64,000 nt of DNA, from assembly GCA_902572735.1 (NCBI GenBank), contig CACGGX010000005.1:10136-74135 (forward strand), given 5' to 3'. This DNA is from an uncultured Alphaproteobacteria bacterium. GTDB taxonomy: Bacteria; Pseudomonadota; Alphaproteobacteria; HIMB59; GCA-002718135. Positions 8,934 through 18,128 of the stretch are shown in pieces. The notes beneath the pieces were generated by a model. That model made no database searches, was not told the DNA's origin, and saw only the letters and a list, made by a program, of their open reading frames with translations. Within the stretch, counting starts at the first letter, position 1, and every line of letters begins with the position of its first letter. The position numbers were made by a program, and so were the translations under genes.

Positions 8934-10190
8934 CTACCAGCCTTTGCCTTTAATTTTTTTCAAAGCTTTTTCAAGCTCAGCAACAGCTGTAGTACCATCT
9001 TTTTTACCAGTAATAACTTCATGTGCAGCAGTATAAAATGCTACTGTTACTTGAGGCCATTTACCTGAAGTTTGTGCTGATGGTCTAGGTAATAGAGCTT
9101 GAGACGGACCCTTTAGAAGAGGTAAAAGAGTATACGTTTCAGCATGCTCTTTATTGTCATAAATCTCTATATATACTGGAGGCATCGAATATTCTGCAAT
9201 AGTTGCATGCTGTGCATCTCTATTTGATAGAAATTTAACTAGATCAATAGCAACTTCTTGTTTTTCAGAATATTTTGACACTGCGTAACCCCAGCCACCC
9301 ATAGTACTTGTAGATTTACCATTAGGTCCTCTAGGTAGTTGAACAACATCAAATTTACCTTTTACAGCTGACTCATCTTTATTACTTAAGCTCCATGCAT
9401 AAGGCCAATTTCTCATGAAAACAGCATTACCTTGGTCCCAGATACCTCTTGCATCTTCTTCTTTATAACCAATAACACCTTCTGGAGAAATAGTTCCTAC
9501 CCATTTAGCAGCCATATCTAAAGCTGCAGCAGCATTAGGATTGTTAATAGAGATTGTTCCATCTTTCTCAACAATCATTCCACCGCCATGACTTGCAACC
9601 CACTCTAATGCATCACATGTTAGACCTTCATAGGCATTACCTTGCCATACAAAACCCCACATTTTGTCATTGCCAGCAGCTCTCTCTTTATCTTGAATAA
9701 ATTGAGCTGTTTCAGTCATTTCATCCCAAGTTTCAGGAACATCTCTATTATATTTTTCTAATAGATCTGTTCTGTAATATAACATTGGTATACCTACACT
9801 ATAAGGTAAACCAATTATTTCACCTTTAGCTGTAGTATATGCTGAAAGAACATTAGGCATTATTTCTAATTGCTCATCTAAATATGGTTTCAGATCAATT
9901 AGCTGTGTTCCAAATTCTCCAGCCCATACATTATCAACTTTATATATATCAACATCACTATTTTGTGCTGATAGCCAAGTTTTATATTGTACATATTGAT
10001 CAGAAGTACTTGCAGGCATTTCTAAAAAATTAACTTTATGTCCTGTCTTTTTTTCCCATTCAGCTGTTAACTCCATTGTCATTTGACCCTGAGATCCACC
10101 ACCTTGAGCGAAGTTTAATTCTATCGCAGTAGCGTTTAATGAAAAAATTAAAGCTAACGAAGCAAAAAAGGATAATACTATATTTTTCAT
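8934..10190 (-). CDS. Periplasmic sugar-binding protein, ABC family 1 (CUT1)
   Basis: Has a signal peptide (MKNIVLSFFASLALIFSLNATA). Size and the W/Y-rich pattern (FVWQGNAYEGLTCDALEW) are typical of disaccharide/oligosaccharide binding proteins. Confidence 0.85.
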   Translation of the reverse strand: MKNIVLSFFASLALIFSLNATAIELNFAQGGGSQGQMTMELTAEWEKKTGHKVNFLEMPASTSDQYVQYKTWLSAQNSDVDIYKVDNVWAGEFGTQLIDLKPYLDEQLEIMPNVLSAYTTAKGEIIGLPYSVGIPMLYYRTDLLEKYNRDVPETWDEMTETAQFIQDKERAAGNDKMWGFVWQGNAYEGLTCDALEWVASHGGGMIVEKDGTISINNPNAAAALDMAAKWVGTISPEGVIGYKEEDARGIWDQGNAVFMRNWPYAWSLSNKDESAVKGKFDVVQLPRGPNGKSTSTMGGWGYAVSKYSEKQEVAIDLVKFLSNRDAQHATIAEYSMPPVYIEIYDNKEHAETYTLLPLLKGPSQALLPRPSAQTSGKWPQVTVAFYTAAHEVITGKKDGTTAVAELEKALKKIKGKGW

Positions 10191-10292
10191 AATGTTTTCC
10201 TCCTAAATTTGATATTTCAAATATAAAAAAACGGTAATTTCGAAATAAAAAATAATCAAGAAATAATTGTATAAATTTAACAAATTTACTAT

Positions 10293-11597
10293 TTAATCTT
10301 GACAGTTTATAATAATTTCCGGGTTTTCTGCGTTTTCTGGTGTTAATTGAATTTCTTTTGGCCATTTAAAATTCTTTTTTAATAATGGATCATTTGTGTT
10401 TTCCATAAATTTTTTTAGATTTTTATTCAGTTCTTTATAGCTTTTTAACTTTTTATAATCTTTAATTGGGTTTCTTTCCAATGGATCTAGAAATAAATCA
10501 AAAAATTCCTCTTTATTTTTTCTCATTTTTTTCAAACCATGTTTTAATAAAAAACTTTTGGATACACTTTCATCAATATTAGACAGATTTAGTTTTTTCC
10601 TATTATTTAATCTTTTTAACAATCTAAATCTTTTTGATCTTATACTTCTACAAGGCTCTACTGATGTATGAATATTAACTTCAGAATAAACAAATTTTCT
10701 TTTTTTTGTTTTATATTTTTTATTAGGCAGAATGTATGGGTTTAAATATTTTGGTTTTTTAATTTCTAAAATTTTACATATTGTTGGAAAAATATCTATA
10801 TTAGAAGTTAAATCATCATAGACAACACCGCCTTCAAATACATTTTTAAGATATGCTATAAGAAATATTCCAGTTCCATGATCGTTTAAATTACATTTCA
10901 TTCCTGGCCAAGCAATACCATGATCGGTCGTTAAAAGTATTAGCGTATTATTTAATTTTTTCTTTTCTTTGAGAGTATCATAAATTTTTCCTATACCTCT
11001 ATCTATTTTCTCTAAAGAAGAATAAAATTTTGCCATATCTTCTCTCATTTGTTTATTATCTAAAAAAAGCTCAGGCGGTCTAATCCAATTAGGATTAAAA
11101 TTTTCTGATATTTTTTTTACATACTCCCTATGAGTATCAAAATATCCTATTGAAATAAAAAATGGCTTTTTAGAGTTATATTTTTTAATCCACTTTGAAG
11201 CAGTTGAAGATATTTTGATTGAGTCAGTTGTAGTTGTACAAAATGTTTTATTATATCCAAGTTCATTTACTTTTTTTTTATCTATTTCATGTTGAATACC
11301 AAATAACGCTGTTTCAAAATCTTTATTTTTTAAATAATTTGATAAGTGTAGACTGTAATCATGTAATCTACTACCTCTATGAGCCAAACCATACATCCCA
11401 TTTTGATGAGGATATAAACCTGTCATTAACGAACTTCTGCTTGGCGAGCAAGTGGGTGCAGCAGTAAAAAAATTTCTATATACGCTACCCTTATTTGCTA
11501 TTTTTTGAATATTATTTGTTTTAGCGTTGTATCCATATGGAGAAATATATCTTCCAGTATCATGTGTATGTATTAAAACTATATTTATGTTCTTCAT
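10293..11597 (-). CDS. Cys-type sulfatase (formylglycine-dependent arylsulfatase family), no signal peptide
   Basis: Sulfatase signature APTCSPSRSSLMTGLYPHQNG (C-x-P-x-R). N-terminus is MKNINIVLIHTHDTG with no leader. LLTTDHG is also present. Confidence 0.85.
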   Translation of the reverse strand: MKNINIVLIHTHDTGRYISPYGYNAKTNNIQKIANKGSVYRNFFTAAPTCSPSRSSLMTGLYPHQNGMYGLAHRGSRLHDYSLHLSNYLKNKDFETALFGIQHEIDKKKVNELGYNKTFCTTTTDSIKISSTASKWIKKYNSKKPFFISIGYFDTHREYVKKISENFNPNWIRPPELFLDNKQMREDMAKFYSSLEKIDRGIGKIYDTLKEKKKLNNTLILLTTDHGIAWPGMKCNLNDHGTGIFLIAYLKNVFEGGVVYDDLTSNIDIFPTICKILEIKKPKYLNPYILPNKKYKTKKRKFVYSEVNIHTSVEPCRSIRSKRFRLLKRLNNRKKLNLSNIDESVSKSFLLKHGLKKMRKNKEEFFDLFLDPLERNPIKDYKKLKSYKELNKNLKKFMENTNDPLLKKNFKWPKEIQLTPENAENPEIIINCQD

Positions 11598-13093
11598 TTA
11601 ATAAAAAAGGGTGAGGTCCAACATATTTGATTATTTTTTTGCTTTATTTTTATATAAACATTATCATCTTTTTTTAATGGTAGTGTAATTTTTTTTTGAA
11701 AATTCCATTCTTTGAAGTTAGGAATTTTGTTAAATAAAATTGCCGGTGTATCTATTTCTCCTAAATTAAAAGAAACAGATCCTTTAAATAAATCTTTTGT
11801 TAAAATATCAAATTTTTTATTATTGGTTAAAGCTGTTATTTGCGAATTTTTTTTTAATTTTGCTAATATTGTAAATCCGCTTGTTTCATTAGTATAATTA
11901 TTACTATTTCCAGATGTTAAAAATTTAAATTTGATTTTATTTTTAAATTTTTTTACTTCTGGAATGAAAAAAGAATACTTACTTTTTTTATCTAAAGGAG
12001 AAACAATTTCTGGTCCTCTAAATTTATTTTCAATTGTAATTATATCAATATTTTTAAATAGAATTTCTCCTTTCCAAAGAAATTCTTTATTTCTTTCTCC
12101 CCAACCAAAATCTATATTTATAATTGATATATTTTTTTTATTTTTAATATTTTTTTGATCATTACAATTAAATCTTTTAAATAAACTTGTATTCTTTATT
12201 ATATCTATGTATTCTATTGGAAATCTACCTTCTACATTTATATCTAATAAATTACTTTTTTTAATCTTTACATCAGAGCCTAGAACTTTTTTATTTAAGT
12301 ATATATTTGGAATAATTTTATCACCAGTTAAAGCAAACGTTTTTCTTTCATTTATTGATTTAAATATCGAGTTTCTATTTTTTGATTTAACCAAAACACC
12401 AAATCTTCCATGGCCATAACTTCCAGGAGATGCGCTATGGTGATCAGTATTAGCAATAAATCCCAGTTTAATTTTATTCTCTAAAGCATATTTAATGGTA
12501 TTTTGATAATTTCTAGGACCCATTGAATGTAAAAAAGGATATTCCGCTTGATCATTTTCAGAACAACCATGCATAGAATATAGTTCAACAACTGGTGAAA
12601 CACCTTCTTCAAAAATGTCCCAGTTAACTCCTCGTCGTCCTTGTTTATAGGATAGGTGATGTGGCATAAAAATATAATTTTTTATTTTATTTTTTTTAAA
12701 TTTCTTTTTTAAAATATCAATTTGATCAACTAGCAGTTCATGTTTTTTTATATCCTTAAATACAATTGTTTGATCACCATATTTATTTGAATGCACTTCA
12801 TATCCTGGATATATAATAATTCCCTTTTCTTTTTTGATTGTTTCTAAAATTTTATTCCAATTTTTTTTGAGTTTTTTAAAACCAACTTTATGAAAATCAA
12901 TGATATGTTTTATTGAGGGGTCTTTAGTATTCATATCAGGCCAACCAGCATGACCTGTAATTGAAACAAAATCTAGGGATAATTTTGAAAATGCAATTGC
13001 TCTTTCTAAACTACCATGAGCATAAGAGATATTACAATGATTATGTAAATCACCAAAAAGAATTAATTCAGTATTTTTTGATTTTGTTTTCAA
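11594..13093 (-). CDS. PHP-fold (polymerase/histidinol-phosphatase-like) metal-dependent hydrolase with a beta-rich C-terminal domain
   Basis: N-terminal GDLHNHCNISYAHG. Later His clusters are ITGHAGW, MPHHLSY, SMHGCSE and NTDHHS. A 4-nt ATGA overlap couples it to the sulfatase gene. Confidence 0.6.
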   Translation of the reverse strand: MKTKSKNTELILFGDLHNHCNISYAHGSLERAIAFSKLSLDFVSITGHAGWPDMNTKDPSIKHIIDFHKVGFKKLKKNWNKILETIKKEKGIIIYPGYEVHSNKYGDQTIVFKDIKKHELLVDQIDILKKKFKKNKIKNYIFMPHHLSYKQGRRGVNWDIFEEGVSPVVELYSMHGCSENDQAEYPFLHSMGPRNYQNTIKYALENKIKLGFIANTDHHSASPGSYGHGRFGVLVKSKNRNSIFKSINERKTFALTGDKIIPNIYLNKKVLGSDVKIKKSNLLDINVEGRFPIEYIDIIKNTSLFKRFNCNDQKNIKNKKNISIINIDFGWGERNKEFLWKGEILFKNIDIITIENKFRGPEIVSPLDKKSKYSFFIPEVKKFKNKIKFKFLTSGNSNNYTNETSGFTILAKLKKNSQITALTNNKKFDILTKDLFKGSVSFNLGEIDTPAILFNKIPNFKEWNFQKKITLPLKKDDNVYIKIKQKNNQICWTSPFFIK

Positions 13094-14276
13094 TTAATCT
13101 TCCTTTTTTTGCTATCGATTTATTTATCATATCTATTATTTTTAAAGATTTGATCCCATTTTCAGCTGAAACTTCTGATTTCCCTTTTTTTAAATAGTTT
13201 ATATAACTTTTCAGTAATTTTATATCTGCACCATAATGTGATGTATTATGATAATTATCTTTCGCATCAATACGTTTAAATTTTTTTCCATTATCATATG
13301 TTATTTCAATTATACCTGTTGATCTGATAAGTTTTAATTTACCTTTTATGCCAATAACTTCTAGTGTTTCTTGATCTTCAGCTGCTGGACCAAAACAGGA
13401 AAAATTTATATTTCCAATTACCTCATTTTCAAAATTAATATTACAAGAAAAATGAGAAAGAATATCACTTCCCTCAGCCCACACACAATGATCGTCTATT
13501 TGTCTTTCATCATTTAATGATGAATAATTATTTTTAAATTTTTTTAAGTTTTCTCTCGAATCACCCAATGCTTCATATCTTCGATAGTTACATTTTTCAA
13601 AACAATCTTTACATCTTATATTTTTATTTTTTTTTGAGGTAAAATGTGAATGTCTACTTCCAAAACTTGAAAGAGATACAACTTCTGAATTTGAAAACCA
13701 TCTTAAAACATCAACATGATGAGAACACTTATCATTTATGCCACCACCAGAGAACTTATTGTACCTATGCCAAGTCTGAAAATATCTTGTATAGGGTACG
13801 ATAGAATTAAGTTGAACTAAATACACATCTCCAATTAGTTTTTTATTGTAAATTAAATCCCAAGCTTTAATCCATGAAGTTTCATATCTTCTAGTAAATG
13901 ACATTAAAAATTGAAATTTGTTTCTTTTTTCAAGCTCAACAATTTCTTTAGCATGTTTTAAACTTACAGATATTGGCTTATCTAAAATAGATTTAATTTT
14001 TTTTTCTGCTGCAAGTTTTGCATGTTTGTAATGTTGGTCTGTATGAGAAGTAATTATTAAACCATCCAATTTTTCATTATTAACTAAACTCTTTGCATTT
14101 TTATAAATATTTATTTTATTATCATTAATTTTTTTTTTTACTTCGTTGCTTTTTTCTTCAATTAAATCACACAAAGCGACTATCTTTAATTTTTTTTTGA
14201 AATACTTATTAATAAGAAAAGAAAGGCTTGCGCCCCTTACTCCAACACCAATTATACCAATCTTAAATGACATCAT
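13068..14276 (-). CDS. Gfo/Idh/MocA-family NAD(P)-dependent oxidoreductase with a Cys-rich insertion
   Basis: Rossmann N-terminus FKIGIIGVGVRGAS and the DKP motif. Insertion is RCKDCFEKCNYRR (CxxCxxxC). Confidence 0.75.
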   Translation of the reverse strand: MMSFKIGIIGVGVRGASLSFLINKYFKKKLKIVALCDLIEEKSNEVKKKINDNKINIYKNAKSLVNNEKLDGLIITSHTDQHYKHAKLAAEKKIKSILDKPISVSLKHAKEIVELEKRNKFQFLMSFTRRYETSWIKAWDLIYNKKLIGDVYLVQLNSIVPYTRYFQTWHRYNKFSGGGINDKCSHHVDVLRWFSNSEVVSLSSFGSRHSHFTSKKNKNIRCKDCFEKCNYRRYEALGDSRENLKKFKNNYSSLNDERQIDDHCVWAEGSDILSHFSCNINFENEVIGNINFSCFGPAAEDQETLEVIGIKGKLKLIRSTGIIEITYDNGKKFKRIDAKDNYHNTSHYGADIKLLKSYINYLKKGKSEVSAENGIKSLKIIDMINKSIAKKGRLIENKIKKY

Positions 14277-14324
14277 TTTTTATAAACTCAAAAAAAAAAT
14301 GAATAAATAAAAAAGTAAAAAAAA

Positions 14325-15323
14325 TTATATATTTGGTACTTTTTTTTGAATAAAATAATTATTATCTTTATGTTGTTTTATTATTGCAGGAATTATTTCT
14401 TTATAAGCATCATATAAGCTAGTGTTAGCTTTAGGTAGCTGATCTTTTATTAAATTACTCAGTTTTGGTAAATTGTAAGAGGGTACAGATGGGAACATAT
14501 GATGTTCAACATGATATTCCATATGCCAATACAAAAAGCTAAATATAGGATTAAATCGTACTGATCTTGTTGTGTATCTATGATCCTTTATATCTTCTGG
14601 AAGTCCTAAATGCTGAGTCATGTTAAATATATTAATGATGTTACCCCAGTATCTTGGGAAGAAAATTAATAGTGCCGGAAGAGGATTCATTAGATAGAAA
14701 GATAAAGCAAAAGATGAAACCCATAATAATACATGTATTCTAGAAATGAGTCGACATTTTGCTATTTCATTTTGAGGTATACAATCTCTCATTACAGGAG
14801 TCGTAAATCCTAAAGCATGTTTAATGATTTCGTACTTAAATGAATGTTTAAAATATATTAACTCGTAAAATGGGATAAAGCTAAATAGAAAACTTCTTAA
14901 ACTTGGATATTGATGGAACAAAGCAGCTTCGAAATCATGAGGATCACTCACTGAGGATGTATTACTATGATGTCTGAAATGACTCCAAGTCCATCTTGTG
15001 GGCTCAAAGTCAGTCATAAAAGAACCAATTTGGTAAAAAATTTCATTTAAATACTTCGACTTAAATGCTGTTCTATGACCACACTCATGCCAAATTGGAT
15101 TACTAGAATAAAAAAGAATACCATAAAGCCATAGCCACAAGACTACCCACCAAGTCCCCCATGTCATTACTGACATGTAACCAAAGAAAAATAAAAGAAT
15201 GAAATATAGAGTTACGTGTCGTAAACCTTTTAAATCACTTTTTTTTGATAATTGTTTTAAATCTTTTTTACTTATTTCAGCCCTAAACCATTTGTCATCA
15301 ACATTATCTAATTTTTCTACCAT
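14325..15323 (-). CDS. Membrane di-iron 'fatty acid desaturase'-family protein (paralog 1)
   Basis: Three His boxes, HECGHR, HFRHH and HVEHHMFP, with TM segments between them. Confidence 0.8.
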   Translation of the reverse strand: MVEKLDNVDDKWFRAEISKKDLKQLSKKSDLKGLRHVTLYFILLFFFGYMSVMTWGTWWVVLWLWLYGILFYSSNPIWHECGHRTAFKSKYLNEIFYQIGSFMTDFEPTRWTWSHFRHHSNTSSVSDPHDFEAALFHQYPSLRSFLFSFIPFYELIYFKHSFKYEIIKHALGFTTPVMRDCIPQNEIAKCRLISRIHVLLWVSSFALSFYLMNPLPALLIFFPRYWGNIINIFNMTQHLGLPEDIKDHRYTTRSVRFNPIFSFLYWHMEYHVEHHMFPSVPSYNLPKLSNLIKDQLPKANTSLYDAYKEIIPAIIKQHKDNNYFIQKKVPNI

Positions 15324-15483
15324 ATCTACTTATACAATTAATATGAGAATATTTTAATACAAAAATTAGCTATTTTTTGTCACAATTAAGAAATTAAATA
15401 AAAATAAAATTTCTAGATTTAATATCAAATTTCCAAATTTATTGATTTTTTTTTCTTTTTAGATACGATATTCAAAAATCATT

Positions 15484-16203
15484 ATGAAAATAGATAAAAC
15501 ACAATTTGAACAAAATGGATACCTCGTTTTACCAAACATTGTTCCTAAGTCGACTTTAATTAAACTTAATAAAAACGCAGATCAAATGATAAAGGATTTT
15601 AAAAAAAGAATTAATAGAGAGCAATCAAATAATAATAGAAAAAAATTTGGCGATATTAGTCAAAATGGAAAAATTTTTTTTGCTAATCAATGCGAATACT
15701 ATTCTCATATAAACGCTTACGCTAAAGGTAAATTTATTAGAAAAATTGCCTCAAAACTTTTAGGTAATAAAATTTATTTGTTTAATGAACAGTTAGTAAA
15801 TAAAAATCCTAATACTCCTAGTTCATTTAGTTGGCATCAAGATTCAGGTTATATTCATTTCAAACATAAACCATATATATCTATTTGGCTTGCTCTGACA
15901 GATACTACAGAAAAAAATGGAGCATTAAGTATTATCCCAATAAACTTAAAAAAAATCAAGAATGCGAAGACACATATATGGCAAAACAAATCAAAAGATT
16001 TAGGAATCAAAGTTAATGATAAAAAAGCTGTTCAACTTTGTGTTAGTGCCGGAACATTAGTAATTTTTTCAAGTCTAACACCTCATTCCTCTGGGGCAAA
16101 TATTACTAAAAAAAATCGTAAAGCTTATTTATCTCAATATTCATCAGAGCATATTATAGATCCTTTTAATGGAATTCAAAGAGGTCGAGCATATTTAATG
16201 TAG
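15484..16203 (+). CDS. Phytanoyl-CoA dioxygenase (PhyH)-family Fe(II)/2-oxoglutarate oxygenase
   Basis: FEQNGYLVLPNIV start, WHQDSGY (HxD facial-triad region) and the distal LTPHSSGAN. Confidence 0.7.
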   Translation: MKIDKTQFEQNGYLVLPNIVPKSTLIKLNKNADQMIKDFKKRINREQSNNNRKKFGDISQNGKIFFANQCEYYSHINAYAKGKFIRKIASKLLGNKIYLFNEQLVNKNPNTPSSFSWHQDSGYIHFKHKPYISIWLALTDTTEKNGALSIIPINLKKIKNAKTHIWQNKSKDLGIKVNDKKAVQLCVSAGTLVIFSSLTPHSSGANITKKNRKAYLSQYSSEHIIDPFNGIQRGRAYLM

Positions 16204-16274
16204 TATTATTATAATTTAAAAGCTTTTATTATTTATAGAAATTATAAATTTAATTTTTTGAATTTGTAAAAAAG

Positions 16275-17345
16275 TTAATTAATATCAATCCAATGACCCA
16301 ATTCACTACTTTCATAACATTTATCAAGTATATTTTGAATTTCAGCACCTCGATCAAAATCGGGTTCATGATTTGTATTGCTTTCAATAGATTCAATAAA
16401 TCTTTCAAAATTAGTAGGTGAAGGAGGGCAGTTAATTTCCTCCCATTTTAATTTATCTTTCTTACTTGAAAATTCTCGTTCAGTATCATTAGTAAACATA
16501 AATTTATTACCCTCATTAATAGGATCGTCAAATTCAATTTTAACGGCACCTTTATCCCCAAATATTCTTAGCTCTAATCTATTTGAATAACCAGTTGCAA
16601 ATCTAGTTGCATTAATAGTGCCGATTGCACCATTATCAAATTCTACCATAGATAGAAAAGTATCATTTGCATCTAATATATAATCTTTAATTTTTTCTCC
16701 CTTTGAATGAAAGGTTTTTAGAAAAGAATTCAGTTTTTTGATCTTTCCAATCGGCCGAGAAGCAAAATCAAATATATGAACACCAATATCACCTAATGTA
16801 CCTTTGCTGCCATGATTTGTGGATAATCTCCAAAGCCATTTATCTTGTTCTTTCCAATTGCCCCAGTAGTTTGATGTTAGCCAAGATTGATTATAATTAG
16901 CATCCATATGCATAATATTACCAATTTTACCTTCTTTAACCATCTTGCAAAGTTCTTGATATCCAGATGAATTACGATAACTAAAGTTGACCATGTTAAT
17001 AAGGTTTTTACCTTTAAGTGCATCACACATTAATTTAGCATCAGCATAATTTTCAGCTAGTGGTTTCTCACAAAAAATATGTTTATTTTTTTCTATTGCT
17101 TTAATTGATATTTCTTTATGAAAAGCATCAGGTGTTGTGTTCGAAATTGCATCTACATCTGATTGTTCTAAAAGTTCATCGACACTATTATATCTATGAT
17201 CAATATTAAATTTATCACAAAACTCATTTAATCTATCATTATTTACATCACATGCCGCAACAACATCTGAATTTTTATTATCTTTAAAAGCACTTGCATG
17301 CCATTCAGCTATTCCACCTGTACCAACAATGCCAACTTTAATCAT
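16275..17345 (-). CDS. Gfo/Idh/MocA-family oxidoreductase (ThuB-like)
   Basis: MIKVGIVGTGGIAEWH Rossmann motif and the CEKPLA motif. A 4-nt overlap couples it to the ThuA-like gene. Confidence 0.8.
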   Translation of the reverse strand: MIKVGIVGTGGIAEWHASAFKDNKNSDVVAACDVNNDRLNEFCDKFNIDHRYNSVDELLEQSDVDAISNTTPDAFHKEISIKAIEKNKHIFCEKPLAENYADAKLMCDALKGKNLINMVNFSYRNSSGYQELCKMVKEGKIGNIMHMDANYNQSWLTSNYWGNWKEQDKWLWRLSTNHGSKGTLGDIGVHIFDFASRPIGKIKKLNSFLKTFHSKGEKIKDYILDANDTFLSMVEFDNGAIGTINATRFATGYSNRLELRIFGDKGAVKIEFDDPINEGNKFMFTNDTEREFSSKKDKLKWEEINCPPSPTNFERFIESIESNTNHEPDFDRGAEIQNILDKCYESSELGHWIDIN

Positions 17346-18127
17346 TTTTTATAATTATGATCTACTTGATATCCTTTTACCTCAATTGGCTCAACTGGTG
17401 TTTTTCTCTCCATATTGTCTATACCCTTAGCAATTCTATCAATCCAAATCCCGGATGTTTTTTCAGGACAAACCCAATGAACAGAATTTTTTATTACCCT
17501 TTGAACATCTTTATTATAATAAACAGGGTATGACTCGTGACCTGGTCTAAAATAAAATATTTTACCATTACCTCTTTTATAACAAAGGCCTGATCTAAAA
17601 ACTTCACCACCTTCAAACCAACTTACAAATACTGTTTCATCTGGTGCTGGAACTTGAAAAGGTTCTCCATACATCTCAGTCATATCAATTTCAAAATATT
17701 CTCCCAAACCCTCGGCAATAGGGTGGCCTGGGTTACAAACCCAAACTCTTTCCTTTTCTCCTCTTTCTGCCCATCTAATGTTTGCAGTTGTACCCATCAT
17801 TCTTTTAAATATTTTTGAATGATGACCAGAGTGAAGTACCAAAAGTCCCATTCCCTCTAAAACTCTTTGTTGTATCCGATCTACAATTTTATCTTCTACA
17901 AGATTATGAGCTTTGTGACCCCACCACATTAAAACATCAGTTTTGTCTAATAGTTCTTCACTTAACCCGTGATCTTTTTCTTCCAAAGTTGCTGTTGAAA
18001 TATTCAAACTTTTATCGTCAGATAAAAAATCTTTAATACAACCATGAATACCTTTTGGATAAATTGATTTTACATGTTCATCTTCTTGCTCGTGTACAAA
18101 TTCATTCCAAATTACTAAATTGAGCAT
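17342..18127 (-). CDS. ThuA-domain protein (trehalose-utilisation-like, class-I amidotransferase-like fold)
   Basis: About 260 aa. Pattern VIWNEFVHE...DVLMWWGH.AH..V...LLVLHSGH.SK is typical of ThuA. Confidence 0.65.
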   Translation of the reverse strand: MLNLVIWNEFVHEQEDEHVKSIYPKGIHGCIKDFLSDDKSLNISTATLEEKDHGLSEELLDKTDVLMWWGHKAHNLVEDKIVDRIQQRVLEGMGLLVLHSGHHSKIFKRMMGTTANIRWAERGEKERVWVCNPGHPIAEGLGEYFEIDMTEMYGEPFQVPAPDETVFVSWFEGGEVFRSGLCYKRGNGKIFYFRPGHESYPVYYNKDVQRVIKNSVHWVCPEKTSGIWIDRIAKGIDNMERKTPVEPIEVKGYQVDHNYKK

Positions 18128-18128
18128 G

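Noticed and set aside
10207-10246. AT-rich inverted repeats lie upstream of the CUT1 binding-protein gene (atttga-tatt-tcaaat at 10207..10222 and the 10-bp palindrome atttcgaaat at 10237..10246). I considered them as operators.
   Set aside because: There is no cognate regulator nearby, the motifs are not repeated elsewhere in the window, and such short palindromes are expected by chance at this base composition.
10060-10365. A 101-aa minus-strand ORF bridges the sulfatase 3' end, the spacer and the binding-protein 5' end.
   Set aside because: It overlaps two well-supported genes in another frame, and its product is basic and low-complexity. The spacer is more plausibly a promoter/RBS region.
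12961-13197. A 78-aa plus-strand ORF spans the PHP/oxidoreductase junction.
   Set aside because: It is antisense to two coupled minus-strand genes, and no motif was recognised.
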